A stretch of DNA of 64,000 bases from Lama glama (lineage: Eukaryota): NCBI GenBank assembly GCA_028534125.1, contig CM052817.1:46006001-46070000 (forward strand). The letters are read 5' to 3'. Every line of letters begins with the position of its first letter. Position 1 is the stretch's first letter. Position numbers and translations under genes: made by a program. This document shows, piece by piece, positions 59,980 to 64,000 of the stretch. The notes under the pieces were generated by a model. The model did not search any database and was not told the origin of the DNA. It saw only the letters and a list, made by a program, of their open reading frames with translations.

Positions 59980-60702
59980 GTATTAGTTTCTCCAGAGAAA
60001 CAAAACCAAAGGAGACAGGTATACATAATCTCATATATAAGAAGCAAATCTTACATATAATAGATATGCATAAATTTATCATACAATACATATTATGTAA
60101 TATAACATGTCCATTATCTAGGAGATATTGATGGCTCATTTCCAGACTACCACAATAAAGCGAGTATTGCCAAAAAGTGAGTCACACAAGTATTTTGGTT
60201 TTCCAGTGCATAAAAATGTTATGTTTACATTATACTGCAGTCTCTTAAGTGTGCAAAAGTATTATGTCCAAAAAATGATGTACCCACCTTAATTAAAAAA
60301 TACTTTATTGCTAAGAAGTGCTAACCATCGTCTGAACCTTCAGTGAGATATAGTGGTAATATCAAAGATCACTGATCACAGATCACCATAGCAGGTATAA
60401 CAATAATGAGAAGCTCAAAATATTGCAAGAATTACCAAAATGTGACACAGAGACATGAAATGAGCAAATGCTGTTGGAAAAATGGCGCTGATAGGCTTGC
60501 TCAACACAGGGTTGCCAAAAAACTAATTTGTAGAGAACACAGTTCTCTCAAAAAAGCAAAGATCAATAAAAGAGGTATGCCTGTATACATAATATAATAT
60601 ATAAAGTCTCCTATATAGTAAATAAATCTTTATATGCCATATAAAATGAGATTTATTTTGAGGAATTAACACACACAATTAAGGAGGCCGAGGTTTCCAT
60701 AA
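59980..60702 (-). mobile_element. ERVL LTR (MLT2) 3' part, split by a Tigger1 derivative
   Basis: 'tgtattagtttctccagagaaacaaaaccaaagga' and, after the Tigger, 'gagatttattttgaggaattaacacacacaattaaggaggc'. Confidence 0.8.
60107..60583 (-). mobile_element. Internally deleted Tigger1 (~480-bp non-autonomous derivative)
   Basis: Both Tigger1 ends are present: 'ggagatattg...ccagactaccacaataaagcga' and 'aataaaagaggtatgcctg', followed by TA. Confidence 0.9.
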
Positions 60703-61069
60703 TAGAACACACAAAGGGCATGTACCTAAGAGGGCCTGGAGGGCCAAGGTCAGGGAAGACATCTCTGAGAAAAGTGATATTCAAGCTGAGTCTTGAAGAA
60801 TGAGTGGGACCTGGACAGGACATGGGGACATGGAGGATGGGAAGTGATAGACCTCTGTGAGGTAACAAGGATGGAGAGACCCTGGGACCTCTGAAGAACT
60901 GTAAGAAGGCCAGTGTGGCTGAAGCACAGTGAGAAGAAGATGAGGCTAAGGGTAGCCAGAGACCACTCACACAGGGTCTGATGTCATGTAACCACCCTTT
61001 CTGGGGAGACAAGTAACCAAATGCAGAACCATGCTCAACAACTCCAACCACAAGGGCAGCTATGGAAAC

Positions 61070-61300
61070 AGCATCCTTGAGTATTACTCTGTGTTATACC
61101 CTGTTCTGGGAGTTTTATACAGAATATTTTATTTAATCTTCACAGCAACCTATAAAGTAGCTATTTCTTTTGTTCCATTATATGGGTAGGATAAGGGTAT
61201 TAGCTCACAAAAGGTGTGCAATTTTATGTTTACATAGCCAATAAGTGACAAAGTCAGGACTGGAAAGCAGGGCTTTTACCATAGTTCTACTCTTCATATT
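61070..61300 (-). mobile_element. MIR
   Basis: 'ttgagtattactctgtg...atttaatcttcacagcaacctataaagtag...ataagtgacaaagtcaggact'. Confidence 0.75.
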
Positions 61301-61729
61301 GCCTTACACAATATTTAAGTGAACCGACCTCTATTATGAAATAGCTATAACTTTCATGTCAACGTCATTTTGGAAGGCAAGCATTGTTTTTATTTTCTCC
61401 TTAGGCATGGCTTAACAAAAGAATCTTCCTCCCTTCCTTGCATGATTCTGTCCAGAAAACCAAAATGTGAATTCCCTTGACTCCCAATTGTTAGAGATTT
61501 TTTGCATGGCATTTGGGACAAGTGAGTGGGGAGATTTAGGATCTATAGACCACACACTCCTTGTGCTGGCTCCATTAAAATACCTAATAGTCTAGATGAG
61601 AATAATTTCTTCCTCCTGAGCTGGTTGAAGTAGAGAAATAACAGTTTGATAAATTTCCTTAATACACTGAAGACTCTAGTGGAACCCACTTTGGAATTTA
61701 GTGATATGGCCCAAGAGATGTCCAACAGA

Positions 61730-61935
61730 TCAGGCTGAGCTCAAGCTCAGCCAGTTATGAGCTGTGTGATCTCAGCACATTAATTAACCTCCCTGAATCT
61801 CTGCTTTTCATCTGTAAAATAGATAATACAGGTAATAAATAAGGGTAATGATAGTACCTGCCTCACATGAGTGCTGTGAGGATTAAATGAGATACTACAT
61901 ATTCCAAGCCCAGTAACTGTTAGCCAGCCATTATC
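61730..61935 (+). mobile_element. MIR
   Basis: 'gctgtgtgatctc...aacctccctgaatctctgcttttcatctgtaaaat...gtacctgcctcac...gctgtgaggattaaatgagata'. Confidence 0.85.
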
Positions 61936-62006
61936 AATCCACCATGTGGAGATACTGAATACCTTATAGGTTCAAATCTTAAGGCAGTCACAAAAAGAGT
62001 CAACAT

Positions 62007-62036
62007 GAGCTCACTTTGGCAGCACATACACAAAAA
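62007..62036 (+). pseudogene. RNU6: 3'-truncated (tailless) U6 snRNA retrocopy, nt 1-~30, with 15-bp TSD
   Basis: GAGCTCACTTTGGCAGCACATACACAAAAA vs U6 GTGCTCGCTTCGGCAGCACATATACTAAAA: 5 mismatches, 2 of them CpG decay. TSD AAAAA(G/T)AGTCAACAT at 61992-62006 and 62032-62046. Confidence 0.85.
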
Positions 62037-62179
62037 TAGTCAACATGAAACATAATGCTTTGAATTATATAGCCAAATGAGGCAGCAGATGTTAAATAGC
62101 AAAACTGAACAGCACCTCTAAAATACCAAAACATTTGAAAGAAAAAAAAAACAAATAAAAAACTTCCAAGGTCATATCT

Positions 62180-62335
62180 CCAAAAATGTCTTATTTATCT
62201 TTATAAGCTCAGCATTTAGTTCAATGCTAGGAAATACAAATCCCTCAATACATGTTTGTGGAATGAATGGGTGAGTAATAAATAAATACATGTATAAATG
62301 AATGAAAGAAAGAATGAATGGATGGATGGATGAGT
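62180..62335 (+). mobile_element. L2 3' tail
   Basis: 'ccctcaatacatgtttgtggaatgaatg...gaatgaatggatggatggatga'. Confidence 0.7.
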
Positions 62336-63044
62336 ACAGCTGAGCAGTGCAAATGTAAATTCAGTGATTGTCAGATGCAAGTGTGACTCCAAACTGAGTC
62401 TAGCAAAGAGAAAGTAACATGAAACTGCTGACTTGGAAGATAGCAGGAAAGCAAGGTACAAACTGGAAACACCATCAGGATCAGCAAGAAAAAAAAAAAT
62501 GAAGCCCTCCTAAGCCTGTCCTTCCTGGCTACAGAGGTGTGCTTTAAGAAAATTGTTTAGTTTTAGTTTTATGGACACAGCTGTAACCCAAGTAACTTTG
62601 CAGAAGGGACAGCTCTGCACTCATGTGCACCTCTGTCTATCATGTGCACTTTTAGATGCAATGTCAAAGTCCATGTTTAGAAATACACATTTCCAAGAGA
62701 CGGGGTATTTGTCTGTCCTTCAATTCCTATACGCCACTCAGTCGTAGGTAGTTCTCTAGGAATTCCCAATATAAACTCCGGCTGCCCAAGCTAAGATTCT
62801 TAAATACTGCATTGTTTTCCAGAAAAATATTATGTATCTGATTTTTGAGAGGAAGCAAGTCAAAGGCATGTGCTTGGCTATTTAGGGAATCAGATCAAAA
62901 TGTATTAAAGACGACTTAGTTAATGGGAATAGAGAGTGACAAGGGTAGCGATCAGAGTGTGTATGTTGTTGGCAGAAATTTAATGTCTAATAAAAGGCAC
63001 ACACATAAATTGAGGGTGCTATTAACAGGCTTTTCTTTTCATGA

Positions 63045-63103
63045 ATATATATATATTACATATATATGTATATGTATTTTACATATACACACACACACAC
63101 ACA
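63045..63103. repeat. Compound (TA)n/(CA)n tract
   Basis: Read directly from the sequence. Confidence 0.85.
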
Positions 63104-63778
63104 AAGCATTGTGCATTCAAGATCCTATATGTTTGTAAAAACAGAAGGATCTAGCAATTGGGCATTAGAGGCAATATTCAGCTTATTACACCTGCAGAAG
63201 GCTGGGAACAAGGTTAAACTGTTTAGAAGAGTTGTCTTTCCATGGCTCAATAATTTTCCATTCTGTCTTTGTCAAGAAAGCCATGGAAAATAATAAAAAG
63301 TTGACTTAATGTAACACAATGAGATTGAACTATAGAGAAACTTGGCTGCATACAGTAACGGTGAACACAAGCTGCATTTGGACCCTCTTCACATAATCCG
63401 TTGTTGATTTAAGTGCAGCAGTTGGCATTTATCAACATGTGTGTAAACAATGGACATTTTTTTGTTTATCTTAGGAATGTAAAGACCAAGGAAATCAGGT
63501 AAAGAACAGTGTATACAGCACAAAAGGAAAAGAAAAGGTGATTAGAAGTCATTTAAAAGAATACTTTTGACAATAAACAATTTACCAGTGCACTTGTGAG
63601 CATTTATCTTTATAATTCTATCATTTATCCCATCGGCACTTTTGTCCTATATGAGAAATGTGAACACTGAAGTAGCTCTTAAGGGTAAGATAATAATAAC
63701 AATAAAAGACCAATCTGCCCCATTTGATTTCTTTTTCATTCTACCCTCATTAGAACTTGTGGATCCTTTCTCGTCTTG

Positions 63779-63780
<2 letters not shown>

Positions 63781-63811
<31 letters not shown>
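63781..63811. repeat. (AC)15 microsatellite
   Basis: Read directly from the sequence. Confidence 0.95.
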
Positions 63812-63813
<2 letters not shown>

Positions 63814-64000
63814 GTTAAGTAAATTATGTATTCTTCCTGGGCAGACAATGTGTCATCTATTCTTTTTGCTCAAAATAATTTTTCTTCTCTCTTAACACTT
63901 TCTACTTCATTTATTTTATAATAAACATGAAATATCTGTGGATTAATGCATAAATAAACAAATGAATAAATGAATGAATGCACAAACATGTTTTTAGACT

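Larger units (their letters stand above)
59937..60990 (-). mobile_element. L2 (59937-59978 and 60703-60990) hosting nested MLT2 and Tigger1 insertions
   Basis: 'tcatttattcattgactgtattaagtgcctg' then 'ggtcagggaagacatctctgagaaaagtgatattcaagctgagtcttgaagaatgag...aagaaggccagtgtggctgaagcacagtgag'. Confidence 0.75.

Noticed and set aside
61733..61752. GGCTGAGC-TCAA-GCTCAGCC hairpin resembling a terminator
   Set aside because: The stem is only 8 bp, it lies at a MIR head, there is no U-tract, and the context is eukaryotic.

Overview
This is AT-rich, CpG-depleted mammalian genomic DNA, either intronic or intergenic. I recognise no protein-coding exon, tRNA/rRNA gene, CpG island, CRISPR array or prokaryotic system. 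The listed ORFs are L1 remnants (sense or antisense), microsatellite read-throughs or chance ORFs. The window is a mosaic of old eutherian repeats (L2, MIR, L1M, MLT1/MLT2 LTRs, MER33/MER91/Tigger DNA elements) plus several younger L1 copies with a cetartiodactyl-type 3' UTR. I see no Alu, B1/B2, Can-SINE, Bov-A/Bov-tA/BovB or PRE-1 copies, which suggests a camelid; this is inference only. The most notable items are small-scale genome events: a twin-primed 5'-inverted L1, a tailless U6 retrocopy with a 15-bp TSD, an exact 34-bp copy placed 960 bp away inside a (TA)n tract, a perfect 19-bp inverted repeat of pre-miRNA size, nested transposon stacks, and an AG|GTAAG recursive-splice-like motif. 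Repeat family names come from my recall of consensus sequences, not from a search. Boundaries of old repeats are approximate. I found no evidence for a new multi-gene biological system.
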